Assembly (NCBI GenBank): GCA_963721525.1
Contig: CAVRJL010000008.1
Span: forward strand, 19,196-83,195
Length of the DNA stretch: 64,000 bases
Direction: 5' to 3'
From: an uncultured Negativicutes bacterium
GTDB lineage: Bacteria; Bacillota; Negativicutes; JBAXTZ01
Both the position numbers and the translations under genes were made by a program. Of the stretch, positions 55,644-64,000 are shown in pieces; position 1 is the first letter of the stretch, and each line of letters begins with the position of its first letter. Below the pieces are notes generated by a model. The model had not been told where the DNA came from and made no database searches. It saw only the letters and a program-made list of their open reading frames with translations.

Positions 55644-56558
55644 TTATCTTTCTATTGTCTTATAACCATTTTTTATTATTTCTTTAACTGGCTTAGTAAA
55701 ATACTTATCAGCAAAAGTCCAGTCTAATTTAGAAGCATCCTCACAAAACGCTTTGTCTTTTTGATATAAACTGTCACTTCCCGTACATCGTATTTTACCA
55801 GCATCATATTTTCCATGTCCGCAGAAAATGGCAGGATTTAAATTTTGTAAATTAGCTGCGCCAATTGTATGTCCTAAACCAAGTGTTCTTCCTGCTTCAT
55901 AATGAAGAACAGAAGATGGGAAAATATATACTTCTTTTCTTCCTGCTAATACAATAAATCGAATGCTTTCATTATAATAATACTTGCTATCACCATCATA
56001 TTCGGTATCTTTATTAAAAGTTAAAGCTTCTCTTATTTCTTTACTCGTTGGATTTTTATATATTGGAACAGAATGTTTCATTCGTGGAGGCTTTGTCCAT
56101 GTAATAAACTCTTCCTTTAAATGTTCTCTTTTTAGCATTTCATTTACTGGTTCAATAAAATATTTATTAGCCCAAGAAAAATCATATTTAGACATGATAT
56201 CCTTATGTGGAGGAGTATCAGAACCTGTATACTCTAATTTACCTTTTATTACATCAGCGGTTCCGTTAAAACAGGAATATGGTTTATATGGAATTCCCAC
56301 AGCATCAGCAATATCTAAATGAAATACAAAATAAGGAGCAATATATAATTTCTTTTTTTCTGGCTCTATGGTAAACCTTAAACTCTTTGTTGTTGGCATC
56401 ATATGAGAACCATAAAGTATATCACTTGGTGGAACTTCATTGCCACATTTTATTATTTCACTTTGAGACGGGTTTATATAAATAGCAAAATGACCCTCAC
56501 CATGAGAAGGAGCAACCCAAGATTTAAAATCTTCCTTTAACATATTTCTAAAAGTCAT
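55644..56558 (-). CDS. hypothetical protein
   Basis: 304-aa ORF with internal similarity DFSWANKYFIEPVNEMLK / DWTFADKYFTKPVKEIIK. Confidence 0.6.
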   Translation of the reverse strand: MTFRNMLKEDFKSWVAPSHGEGHFAIYINPSQSEIIKCGNEVPPSDILYGSHMMPTTKSLRFTIEPEKKKLYIAPYFVFHLDIADAVGIPYKPYSCFNGTADVIKGKLEYTGSDTPPHKDIMSKYDFSWANKYFIEPVNEMLKREHLKEEFITWTKPPRMKHSVPIYKNPTSKEIREALTFNKDTEYDGDSKYYYNESIRFIVLAGRKEVYIFPSSVLHYEAGRTLGLGHTIGAANLQNLNPAIFCGHGKYDAGKIRCTGSDSLYQKDKAFCEDASKLDWTFADKYFTKPVKEIIKNGYKTIER

Positions 56559-56570
56559 TTTAACTCCAAC

Positions 56571-56602
56571 AAAAAAAAGAGAGGCGTTTATCCTCTCTTT
56601 AT
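56571..56602 (-). terminator. rho-independent terminator
   Basis: minus strand AAAGAGAGGATAAACGCCTCTCTTTTTTTTG. Confidence 0.8.
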
Positions 56603-56607
56603 CTTTA

Positions 56608-56892
56608 TTATACTATATTTTCTTTTTGCCTTTTTCTCCACACCCGCTTTGGATACTTGTTCGGCATCCATTCTTTAAAATACATTTCCCCCATTTCCCT
56701 TTTAAAAATTGGGTTCAGGGAATGCTTGATAAAAAAGCTGTCGTCTAAAAGGAAAACATTCCCTTTTTCTGTAAATACCGTCCAATTGTCTTTTGAGACA
56801 TTGGAGATATATCCTCTTACTGCCTCTTTGATGCCCTCCTGCTTCAATACAACGTAAACTTCGTCGTTTGTCATGGTGCCACCTCTTAACAT
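56608..56892 (-). CDS. hypothetical protein
   Basis: 94-aa ORF. Confidence 0.5.
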   Translation of the reverse strand: MLRGGTMTNDEVYVVLKQEGIKEAVRGYISNVSKDNWTVFTEKGNVFLLDDSFFIKHSLNPIFKREMGEMYFKEWMPNKYPKRVWRKRQKENIV

Positions 56893-56914
56893 TACCTTGT
56901 GAAAGATAAAAAAA

Positions 56915-56937
56915 ATAGCCCCAAACTAATGGGGCTT
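56915..56937 (-). terminator. rho-independent terminator
   Basis: minus strand GCCCCATTAGTTTGGGGC followed by TATTTTTTTT. Confidence 0.88.
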
Positions 56938-56957
56938 ATTTTACTACATTTTTGTAA

Positions 56958-57266
56958 TTATTCAGTTTCCTCATATGAAGCAAAGATGCTGTCACATTTT
57001 GTCAACCCCCAAGTGGTATTGTCATCTCCAAACATTTTACAATCATAGTCATTGTAGAACACTCTATCTCCAACTTTGAAAGTAACATTTTCCGCATCTG
57101 GTCCAATCTTATCCACAACAGCATATGCTTTCTTTTTAGTATCAGTTGCTTTTTCATTGGTAACAAGTAAACTGCCCTTCATAACGAATAATTCAGTATC
57201 CTTGATTTCAACAAACTTCAAAAGAACCATTTTTCCGCACGGCTCTATGTTACTAATATGTGCCAT
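56958..57266 (-). CDS. GroES/gp31-like cochaperonin
   Basis: EPCGKMVLLKF..AYAVVDKIGPDAENVTFKVGDRVFYNDYDCKMF. Confidence 0.75.
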   Translation of the reverse strand: MAHISNIEPCGKMVLLKFVEIKDTELFVMKGSLLVTNEKATDTKKKAYAVVDKIGPDAENVTFKVGDRVFYNDYDCKMFGDDNTTWGLTKCDSIFASYEETE

Positions 57267-57304
57267 AACTTCTCCTTAATATACTATATAAGGATTGGCA
57301 CATA

Positions 57305-57601
57305 TTAGCAATCATATACCATAGCGCCTACACAAAATGCTATTATAGCAGTTGGTATAATCCACCAAAATGCTAAATGTAAAATTAATTCAGTAATTAT
57401 CACACCAGCAAATGATAACACATAAGCTGTTCTAACAATCGCATCCCATCCATTAGTAGGTGGAAAATTTGTTATATTAGTAGGTGGATAGTTTGTTATA
57501 TGCCGTGGTTCTAATTCTGTTTTTGTATAAATAGTATTCAATTGTTCTATGCGTTCATTAATTTTTTTTATATCTTCTTTTATTAATTGTATTCTATCCA
57601 T
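57305..57601 (-). CDS. small membrane protein
   Basis: two C-terminal hydrophobic helices. Confidence 0.55.
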   Translation of the reverse strand: MDRIQLIKEDIKKINERIEQLNTIYTKTELEPRHITNYPPTNITNFPPTNGWDAIVRTAYVLSFAGVIITELILHLAFWWIIPTAIIAFCVGAMVYDC

Positions 57602-59740
57602 TTAGGCCTCCAAATCTTTTGCCATTTGTTTTTTTACAGCACTCAAATCTTCTTCCTCTGGAATATCTGATAGGTCTGACGCTTGAAAGTTTTGTTTAGC
57701 AGATTTTATTCTCTCTTCTGCTTCTTCAAACTTAATTTGAAGTTTAGCAATAAGATTTTCTTCATCTGCAGATAGTATTGAAATGAAATCTTTTTTATAA
57801 AAAGAAGTGTCAATGACACCAGGGATGGTATAATTATTCCCAGATTTTACTAATACTCCAAAATCCTCACATAGTTGGAATAATCCAGATAATCTAACAG
57901 GGCCACTTGTCATATCAATAAGAAACTCTATGTTTCTTAATTCGGTTCCAAATCTTGACTTATCTACTTTTGCTTTAATAAGTTTTAGTGAGGAGCCCAA
58001 AGCTGTTTTTCGTCTATCTTTTTCTTCTGTTGCTTCTTTGTCTGTTTTATCTCTACTATTTGCTATTGAACTATCAGAAAGCAATAATGACAATGAAGGA
58101 TTATATATAGCTCCTTCACCACCACTTTCTTTATATGGATCATATATATTACCCATATTAGTATAAAGTTTATTAGTAAAAACAAATGCTATATTAGTTC
58201 TTTCAAAAGCATTATCAAATACACCAAAAAATGTATTTATTTCTTTTGCTCGCGCTCCCATATCAAAATTTCCTCCAAATTCTCTAACCGATTTTATATT
58301 AGCTAGGCTATCCATCATTATTACTATATTAGCTTTTATTCCTTTAAATTCAACTGCATTAATAAATCTTTTTATAAACCGAGTGGCTCCCTCAACATAT
58401 CTATATTCATCAGTATCAAGTTTAGTTGGAAATTTAGCATCTGTTATCTCTTCTATATCTCCTGTACTTTTTTTTATTCTATAAGAAGAAAAAGTAGCAT
58501 ATTGTGAAAGCCTGATCTTGTCCAAAGGAGTTCCAGTAAATTCAAACAATTCTGCTGATAATCCGCCACCCTCTGAACCAATTGCTATTATTTTATCTAT
58601 CTTCGCATCTTTTGCTAAATATGCAAGTAGTAATGATTTTCCCGTATTATGAACTATAAAACCATTTGCTACAAAATTTTTATTTTCACCTTTCATGGAA
58701 ATATCATAAGTATGTTCTATACCATATTTTTCTATAGAAACAATAGTTTCAATTTGATAATCTAAATAACTATCGTGTTTTTCTACTGTATGAAAAACAT
58801 CATGTTCTTTTTTTGATAATACTCTTAGATTTTCTAATCTATCGTCTGTTGGATCTTCATTTATATGATGAATTACTAAATCCATTGGAAAATATTTTAG
58901 TTTTGAAGCTCTTGTTTGATCATATTTTATCACATTTATAAATTCTGAAACGGATAAATGATTTTCATTTGCTTCTACTACTAATCTTGAAAAATGTATT
59001 CTTTTATAATTATATTTTCCAGTAGTTTTTCTCCAAGCGTATGGATGAAATTCAACGCCACTTATTTCTCTGCGCTGTTTCTTTCTTCCACCTGAAAATC
59101 TAAATTTATTTCTTTCAGTATCTAAACAATAAATATTATCACCTATTTTTAGATCTTTCAAAGATACAAAATAATCTTTTTCTGGTATTCCTCTACCATT
59201 TATAGTATAAGTGGTAACTTTGAATGGGTGTTCAGCTGTACACCTAATGCTTCTTCCACTATTTGTAGTTAGTGTAAATGTTTCTTTTTCTCCGCTATCT
59301 ATAACTTCTTGTATTGGAGCATATTTTATTTTTTCTTCTAACCACGAAGAATTGTTTGTTTCTGTAAATAAAGAAAAAGTATTTGTTTCTATATCCTCTT
59401 TCCAGATATGGGGATTGTCTACTCTTATCCCTTTTATCTTTTTATACAGATCTTCTATTCTATACCACCTAACGCTACTTCTTTCACCTCTATTTATCGG
59501 TATGAGAGTATCTGGTGATAAACAGCCACTCAAGCCCTTCAGTGAGCTTATTCTTCCTGCTGGTATCCCGCTAAACATACTTTTTGATGATATATAATTA
59601 AGAGCATAAATACCCCAACTATACCATAAATTAACCTTAGTATCTACTTTTGATAAATCGGTAAGAGTTTTAAATTCCTCATCAATTATATTATCAAGAT
59701 CAGATGTAGAACGTGTTGCTTCTGCATTTTTTTTAGTCAT
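57602..59740 (-). CDS. UvsX/RecA-like recombinase containing a contiguous intein
   Basis: SSLKGLSG [intein] TGKSLLLAYLAKDAK; NIVIMMDSLANI; FVFTNKLYTNMGNIYDPY..GGEGAIYNPSLSLLL. Confidence 0.9.
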   Translation of the reverse strand: MTKKNAEATRSTSDLDNIIDEEFKTLTDLSKVDTKVNLWYSWGIYALNYISSKSMFSGIPAGRISSLKGLSGCLSPDTLIPINRGERSSVRWYRIEDLYKKIKGIRVDNPHIWKEDIETNTFSLFTETNNSSWLEEKIKYAPIQEVIDSGEKETFTLTTNSGRSIRCTAEHPFKVTTYTINGRGIPEKDYFVSLKDLKIGDNIYCLDTERNKFRFSGGRKKQRREISGVEFHPYAWRKTTGKYNYKRIHFSRLVVEANENHLSVSEFINVIKYDQTRASKLKYFPMDLVIHHINEDPTDDRLENLRVLSKKEHDVFHTVEKHDSYLDYQIETIVSIEKYGIEHTYDISMKGENKNFVANGFIVHNTGKSLLLAYLAKDAKIDKIIAIGSEGGGLSAELFEFTGTPLDKIRLSQYATFSSYRIKKSTGDIEEITDAKFPTKLDTDEYRYVEGATRFIKRFINAVEFKGIKANIVIMMDSLANIKSVREFGGNFDMGARAKEINTFFGVFDNAFERTNIAFVFTNKLYTNMGNIYDPYKESGGEGAIYNPSLSLLLSDSSIANSRDKTDKEATEEKDRRKTALGSSLKLIKAKVDKSRFGTELRNIEFLIDMTSGPVRLSGLFQLCEDFGVLVKSGNNYTIPGVIDTSFYKKDFISILSADEENLIAKLQIKFEEAEERIKSAKQNFQASDLSDIPEEEDLSAVKKQMAKDLEA
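58646..59524 (-). other. intein (293 aa) with HNH endonuclease domain, in Walker A, T+1
   Basis: CLSPDTLIPI.. ; SGRSIRCTAEHPFKV ; VIHHINEDPTDDRLENLRVLSKKEHDVFH ; NFVANGFIVHN | TGKS. Confidence 0.94.
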
Positions 59741-59913
59741 TATTCATCCTCATATTTTACTATTACTTGATTGTATATTATTATGTCTGATGTAGCTCTT
59801 TTAAGCTTTATCTCCCCAAAAGGTTGCCATCCTTTGTCTATACAATCTTTTACTTCCTGCACGAATTCAGAAAGCATATCATTTTGAACTATTGCGTAAT
59901 CTATTATTTTCAT
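59740..59913 (-). CDS. small protein (57 aa), DUF1737-like, missing from ORF track
   Basis: MKIIDYAIVQNDMLSEFVQEVKDCIDKGWQPFGEIKLKRATSDIIIYNQVIVKYEDE*. Confidence 0.65.
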   Translation of the reverse strand: MKIIDYAIVQNDMLSEFVQEVKDCIDKGWQPFGEIKLKRATSDIIIYNQVIVKYEDE

Positions 59914-59928
59914 TATTTTTCCTTAGAA

Positions 59929-59964
59929 ACAATAAGCCCACTATTTTTTTAGTGGGCTTATTAA
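59929..59964 (-). terminator. hairpin terminator downstream of SSB gene
   Basis: AATAAGCCCACTA-loop-TAGTGGGCTTATT. Confidence 0.8.
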
Positions 59965-59969
59965 AATCA

Positions 59970-60821
59970 TTAATTAAATTCGCTTAGCAGTTTATCAAGC
60001 TCATCTTGATCTTCACTTGTGCCAGGTTCATCTGTCGCAGGAGAAGATTTTACTACCGGTTTAGCTGCTCGTGGTTCGTCTGCCTCTTCTTTCTTTCCTT
60101 CACCAAGATATTCCTTCAAAGCACCTTTCATAGCATCAGCAGAAGAAAACTCAATCAATTGATTGAAGTTCATCTTCTTTAAATTAATTAGAAGTTCTTT
60201 TAACTCTTGAATATCTTTAAAGATTGGTGATGTATTGGCACTTGGAAGTGAAGTATCATAGTTGCTTCTTCGTCCAGTTCCCGTCTTTACAAGATTAAAA
60301 TCTCTTCCATCCTTAATGTCAATTATATTTCCATAATCAGTTTCAGTAAGAATGTGATAGATAACCTCAAAAAGCTTTTTTCCACTCTCAAAGAATTCAG
60401 GTTCTTTTTCGTTAGCCTTGCCTCTAACTACAACTCGGTAAACATATCTATCCTTTGCTGATAAATCATATGCCAAGTTATTGTCATCCGAACCTTTCTC
60501 GCTGCCGTTAAACAACTTTCGTGAAAAATTACAGATAGGGCAATCCTCTGCTTCATGCGCTACCCCAGATTTGTCAGTGAGCGACTGCTTTAGGCACTCA
60601 TAAGAGTGACCATTCACCCAATGAACTCTGTGCTTTAAATAGAACACGTGTTCCCCATTTTCCTTCACGTGTGGAAGAAATCTGATTGAAAATGTGCCTT
60701 CTTTGTCTCCTGGAGGACCCCAGAACTTTTTGTTCCCTTGTTTGTCAGCCATCATGGCCTTCTTTAACTCTTCAAACTCTTCATTAGCTCCCATAAAAAC
60801 TCCTTTTGGGCTGTTTACCAT
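59970..60821 (-). CDS. gp32-like single-stranded DNA-binding protein
   Basis: FWGPPGDKEGTFSIRFLPHV..FYLKHRVHWVNGHSYECLK..DCPICNFSRKL; acidic C-terminal tail. Confidence 0.85.
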   Translation of the reverse strand: MVNSPKGVFMGANEEFEELKKAMMADKQGNKKFWGPPGDKEGTFSIRFLPHVKENGEHVFYLKHRVHWVNGHSYECLKQSLTDKSGVAHEAEDCPICNFSRKLFNGSEKGSDDNNLAYDLSAKDRYVYRVVVRGKANEKEPEFFESGKKLFEVIYHILTETDYGNIIDIKDGRDFNLVKTGTGRRSNYDTSLPSANTSPIFKDIQELKELLINLKKMNFNQLIEFSSADAMKGALKEYLGEGKKEEADEPRAAKPVVKSSPATDEPGTSEDQDELDKLLSEFN

Positions 60822-60861
60822 TGCCTGTAATGGGCTCGGGCTAATTGCCTCAATATACTAT

Positions 60862-60890
60862 TTTATAATCTATTTATGATTTCTTGTCAA
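60862..60890 (-). promoter_or_regulatory. sigma70-type promoter for gp32-like gene
   Basis: TTGACA-17-TATAAA. Confidence 0.85.
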
Positions 60891-61084
60891 GTAACTTTAC
60901 CTTTATTAAGTAAACACTTTTTACAATTTACTTTTTGCCAACTATTATTTTTTTCTCTATTTGGATATTTATCCCAATCACTTGAATAACAGTAAGCTTT
61001 ATATTCTTCTCCACAAACTGTTTTTACGACATTATATTCTGACTCAGAAGAAACAACATAACATTTATGAACCAAAACTGCCAT
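60887..61084 (-). CDS. small Cys-containing protein, start corrected
   Basis: MAVLVHKCYVV..NCKKCLLNKG; called start 61129 would overlap the promoter. Confidence 0.6.
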   Translation of the reverse strand: MAVLVHKCYVVSSESEYNVVKTVCGEEYKAYCYSSDWDKYPNREKNNSWQKVNCKKCLLNKGKVT

Positions 61085-61100
61085 TTTATGCCTCAATTTT

Positions 61101-61129
61101 ATTATACTACTGATATGTAAAATTGTCAA
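61101..61129 (-). promoter_or_regulatory. sigma70-type promoter
   Basis: TTGACA-17-TATAAT, perfect consensus. Confidence 0.88.
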
Positions 61130-61219
61130 GTATTTTTATAATCTATTTTCACAATCTACTTGTGCAGTCGTTCATTCCATAAGTGGTAGTAAAGATAAAG
61201 CAATAGCAGGAGAAACACA

Positions 61220-61666
61220 ATGGTAAGAGGCTGGATAATGGTTGACCTATTTAATGGGCAATCTATAAAATATGTAAGAGATTTACTTGTAGATAGTAGC
61301 GCTGGATGTTTACAATCTATATCGATAAATAATGGTGGAACTGGATACTTAACTTCTGCGTTCGAGTTATTCGTTGTATTTGCCACGAACCTGCTGCCGG
61401 CGACCCTGGCGGACCCCGCATTCTTGCGCCGAATCCAGACCAAGATCAAAGTTGGCACGGTTTCATCTCAGAATTTCCATGAGATCTTCCGTCGGGTTTG
61501 CAGCGGCTTCGGGCTGCAATATGAGGCTGGCATCGTCGATGAGTTGATACATGTGATCCAGGACAAGCTGAAGGAACCGCTGCGGGCATGCCATCCGCGG
61601 GATCTCGTGAACCAAATCCGCTGGGCAGCACAGTTACGAGGAGCGGGAGCCTCGCTTGGATCGTGA
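61220..61666 (+). CDS. chimeric ORF: phage-like N-terminus fused to bacterial AAA+ ATPase C-terminal fragment
   Basis: ..SISINNGGTGYLTSA then FELFVVFATNLLPATLADPAFLRRIQTKIKVGTVSS..RACHPRDLVNQI; sharp GC shift near 61353. Confidence 0.8.
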   Translation: MVRGWIMVDLFNGQSIKYVRDLLVDSSAGCLQSISINNGGTGYLTSAFELFVVFATNLLPATLADPAFLRRIQTKIKVGTVSSQNFHEIFRRVCSGFGLQYEAGIVDELIHVIQDKLKEPLRACHPRDLVNQIRWAAQLRGAGASLGS

Positions 61667-61955
61667 AGCTCTGCTCAGGGCTGCCGACTCCTATTTCGTT
61701 TCCCACGAGGAAAACGAAGTTGAATGATGTTTTTCGAACGGCCCCGGGCCACACACGATGGGAAGCGCTGGCGCTTCCGTGAGTGCCCCCGGCCTGGGTT
61801 GGGCGGCGTTTGCGAGAGCAGACCTGGCAAGTTCGGATGGTTGAGTTGGGAAGTGAGCCTCTGTTCCCGAGCGAGCGCGTCGCGGCGCCCTGCATAAAGG
61901 TGCTCCGCCGGCAATTCTCCTGTGATCCCCTAACGAGCCTTGTAGTGGGAGCAAC

Positions 61956-62204
61956 ATGAAGACGGTACTCATCTTCATAGCCGTCGTGAGTGCGGTAGCC
62001 TTGCTGGGCTTTGCCGTGCACGATGCGATTTACCTTGGGATGGGGATCTCCGGCAGCGCTGCGCACGCGCCAAAGGAGTTCTGGGACGCGTTGGGAGACG
62101 CCGTTAAGTGGTCGATTCAGTATAAAGAGGCGGCAACGGTTGTCCTTGTGGTTTGCCTGGGTATCCTGTACGTGGTAAGCGGGCCGTCGACAAAGAGACC
62201 ATAA
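61956..62204 (+). CDS. small membrane protein (bacterial segment)
   Basis: 82-aa ORF with two hydrophobic segments. Confidence 0.45.
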   Translation: MKTVLIFIAVVSAVALLGFAVHDAIYLGMGISGSAAHAPKEFWDALGDAVKWSIQYKEAATVVLVVCLGILYVVSGPSTKRP

Positions 62205-62318
62205 GCAACAGTTCCTTCCCGTCAGGCTAAGCGCGCCTCGCAAGGTGCTTTCTCGGTGACCCATATGGCAGTAATACGTGACAGCGGGCAAAAGCAAGGC
62301 AGGCGGCCAGGCCGTCTC

Positions 62319-62573
62319 CTACCTGCAGAACGGCCAGAATTGACAGAACTTCGCCTCATACGCCTTTCGGATGTCAGCTAACTGCAGAACTGGCCGTCCC
62401 TGCCGTGACGCGTATACGGATGCGTCCCTCGTTAGTTCCACAGCACTTTGAAATGCGTCCCACGCACCCCGCCTGAGGTCAACCGCCTTCTCGAATTCTC
62501 TTTCCATCAGGGCGCGTTCATTTCCAGAAGCCAACTGCTGCAAATAGTCGATAATTGCGGTGTTGTACCGCAT
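62319..62573 (-). CDS. hypothetical protein (bacterial segment)
   Basis: 84-aa ORF. Confidence 0.4.
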   Translation of the reverse strand: MRYNTAIIDYLQQLASGNERALMEREFEKAVDLRRGAWDAFQSAVELTRDASVYASRQGRPVLQLADIRKAYEAKFCQFWPFCR

Positions 62574-62619
62574 GTTGTTCCGGCGAGCTTCTTTGCGGTG
62601 CGGAATTACGCGGTTTGAG

Positions 62620-62740
62620 AGCTAGAGCGTTTTAGGAAATAATGTAGTCCGTAATCTCATTGGTTTCCCACCCATTCCGCCGAAAAACGCGGAATGGATG
62701 GGGCACAGAAGTCTACAGTAAAACCAAAAACGCTCTAGCT
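62620..62740. repeat. nested inverted-repeat element
   Basis: outer arms AGCTAGAGCGTTTT / AAAACGCTCTAGCT; inner CCATTCCGC / GCGGAATGG. Confidence 0.7.
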
Positions 62741-62763
62741 AAATCTAGCCGCGCACACGCCGC

Positions 62764-63606
62764 TCACTGCCCTGCCGGACCGGTTCGGGCCACACGATTG
62801 ATGATCCGTTGAATCAGCACTACGCGGATATGAATGCGCTTGGCCACGTCCGGCAAAAACTCTGTGACGAAGTTATCGATGGGCGCCGTGGCCAGCACGG
62901 TCAGGTAGCGCTCGGCGCTGGAGGGAAGATTCGTCTGCTGGCCGGGAACGTAGAGATTGCCGATCTGGTCGTCGATGGCAAAGCCCACCAGATCAGCGTA
63001 ATTCACCATTTCCTTGCCGTTGTCGCCCTGGGTCCACACCACCTGCACAATCGCGTGTTCCACACGGCGGGGAATCGAGGCATTGGGCATACGGTGATAG
63101 TGCGGATCCTGATGATCAATCGAGGGGATCAGAAAGGTGCCAAAAAATTCGCCGGTGACGTCCTGCGCATAGCTCACGCCCACGTTACGGCCCAGGCCCT
63201 TCATGCCGGGGCCGTAGGGCGAGTGAGCATCGGAGCCAACCGCAATCGCCGAAAAGCTTGCAATGGTAAACGCGTTGAAGGGATCGAGTACGTTGCGCGC
63301 CGCCAGCCGCGCCTTCTCCCCCGGCGTCATCGGCTTCACTTCGGGACCAGTCAGAAAGCGCTCGAACCAGTTCTTTGCCGACGGAGGAGGGCAGGGAAGC
63401 TCCGAAGCTCCGGGCTGAGCAGCCGGGCACGGCGCACTCTTTGGTGCGGTGTCGGGCGCGGCGGCTTGCGGCTGTGGAGCGTCGGGCAGCGGCGGATCGG
63501 GGATCTCCGCGCCAGCCCACGCCGGTTGCGCCGCAAAGAGCCATGCAATCGCCAGCAGCGTCAGAACGGTTTGACTGGCGGCAATCTTCATTCGTGGAGC
63601 CGTCAT
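62764..63606 (-). CDS. bacterial hypothetical exported protein
   Basis: signal-like N-terminus ending AQPAWA; GEFFGTFLIPSIDHQDPHYHRM. Confidence 0.7.
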   Translation of the reverse strand: MTAPRMKIAASQTVLTLLAIAWLFAAQPAWAGAEIPDPPLPDAPQPQAAAPDTAPKSAPCPAAQPGASELPCPPPSAKNWFERFLTGPEVKPMTPGEKARLAARNVLDPFNAFTIASFSAIAVGSDAHSPYGPGMKGLGRNVGVSYAQDVTGEFFGTFLIPSIDHQDPHYHRMPNASIPRRVEHAIVQVVWTQGDNGKEMVNYADLVGFAIDDQIGNLYVPGQQTNLPSSAERYLTVLATAPIDNFVTEFLPDVAKRIHIRVVLIQRIINRVARTGPAGQ

Positions 63607-63810
63607 CCCTTCAGGTTAATCAATCTGACGCTGATTTTCCGTAAAGGTTCGCACACAACTGCAAAAAAGGGAGAGAGCGCAACTGCGGGAAATTTCCGTC
63701 CCGTATTGACGATTGCGGCACCTTCCGCCCTTCCGCGATTGACTCACCCATCCGCGCATCGCAGACTGAGGAGGAGGCTGCTTCAACCGCATCCTCCCAC
63801 GAGGTGTCTT

Positions 63811-64000
63811 ATGAGTTCCTATCCTCCTCCCAGCCCTCCCTTTGGCGGCGTGGGCGCGCGCATTGAAGAAGCCGTCGAGCTGATCGAGATGGAGTTGCGC
63901 CACACCATCGCCTACATCAACGACGCCGTGGTTTCCCAGGTCCGCAAGGAATCGATCACCGCCCTGCGCACCGTCTCCGACAAACTGCGCGATCTGGCCG
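63811..64000 (+). CDS. partial ORF running off the window (bacterial segment)
   Basis: MSSYPPPSPPFGGVGARIEEAVELIEMELRHTIAYINDAVVSQVRKESITALRTVSDKLRDLA.. open at edge. Confidence 0.6.
   Translation, partial: MSSYPPPSPPFGGVGARIEEAVELIEMELRHTIAYINDAVVSQVRKESITALRTVSDKLRDLA

Noticed and set aside
1-61350. tRNA genes
   Set aside because: No cloverleaf with matched acceptor and T-arm could be established by eye; tRNAscan-SE would be needed to be sure.
61446-62297. 283-aa minus-strand ORF (and 61675..61914, 61691..61978)
   Set aside because: GC-rich shadow frames with Arg/Pro/Gly-heavy composition; 61446..62297 overlaps the AAA+ fragment and the 61956..62204 ORF.
63185-63903. ORFs 63185..63544, 63351..63548, 63375..63644 and 63616..63903
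   Set aside because: Overlapping alternative frames of 62764..63606 and its upstream region; typical GC-rich spurious ORFs.

Overview
Bases 1 to about 61,350 are an AT-rich, T4-like (probable myovirus) phage genome segment. Bases from about 61,350 to 64,000 are unrelated GC-rich bacterial DNA, fused in frame inside one ORF; this is most likely an assembly chimera or a phage/host junction. The phage part encodes a mostly leftward replication/recombination region: gp32-like SSB, UvsX/RecA-like recombinase, UvsW-like helicase, SbcC/SbcD (gp46/gp47), DnaB-like helicase, TOPRIM primase and a bacterial-type DNA polymerase III alpha. It also has a gp31/GroES-like cochaperonin, a Hsp20, lysis enzymes, a few rightward virion genes, an MvaI/BcnI-like restriction-modification pair and a second, frameshifted restriction-modification pair. 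The most striking feature is a set of broken genes. DnaB-like helicase, SbcC and PolIII-alpha are each split into separate ORFs with split-intein halves at their catalytic motifs. Two of these loci carry a free-standing homing-endonuclease ORF exactly between the intein halves. The helicase locus has an atypical 22-aa / 138-aa intein split. PolIII-alpha is spread over four ORFs. A fourth gene, UvsX/RecA, carries a contiguous HNH-containing intein in its Walker A motif. Other notable signals are a recurrent short linear motif Q[LM]EF[DEN]F in eight small ORFs (sliding-clamp-binding-like), a series of near-perfect leftward sigma70 promoters, a 21-bp direct-repeat-bounded structured non-coding segment, possible T4-like capsid-targeting N-termini, and small ORFs missed by the supplied track.
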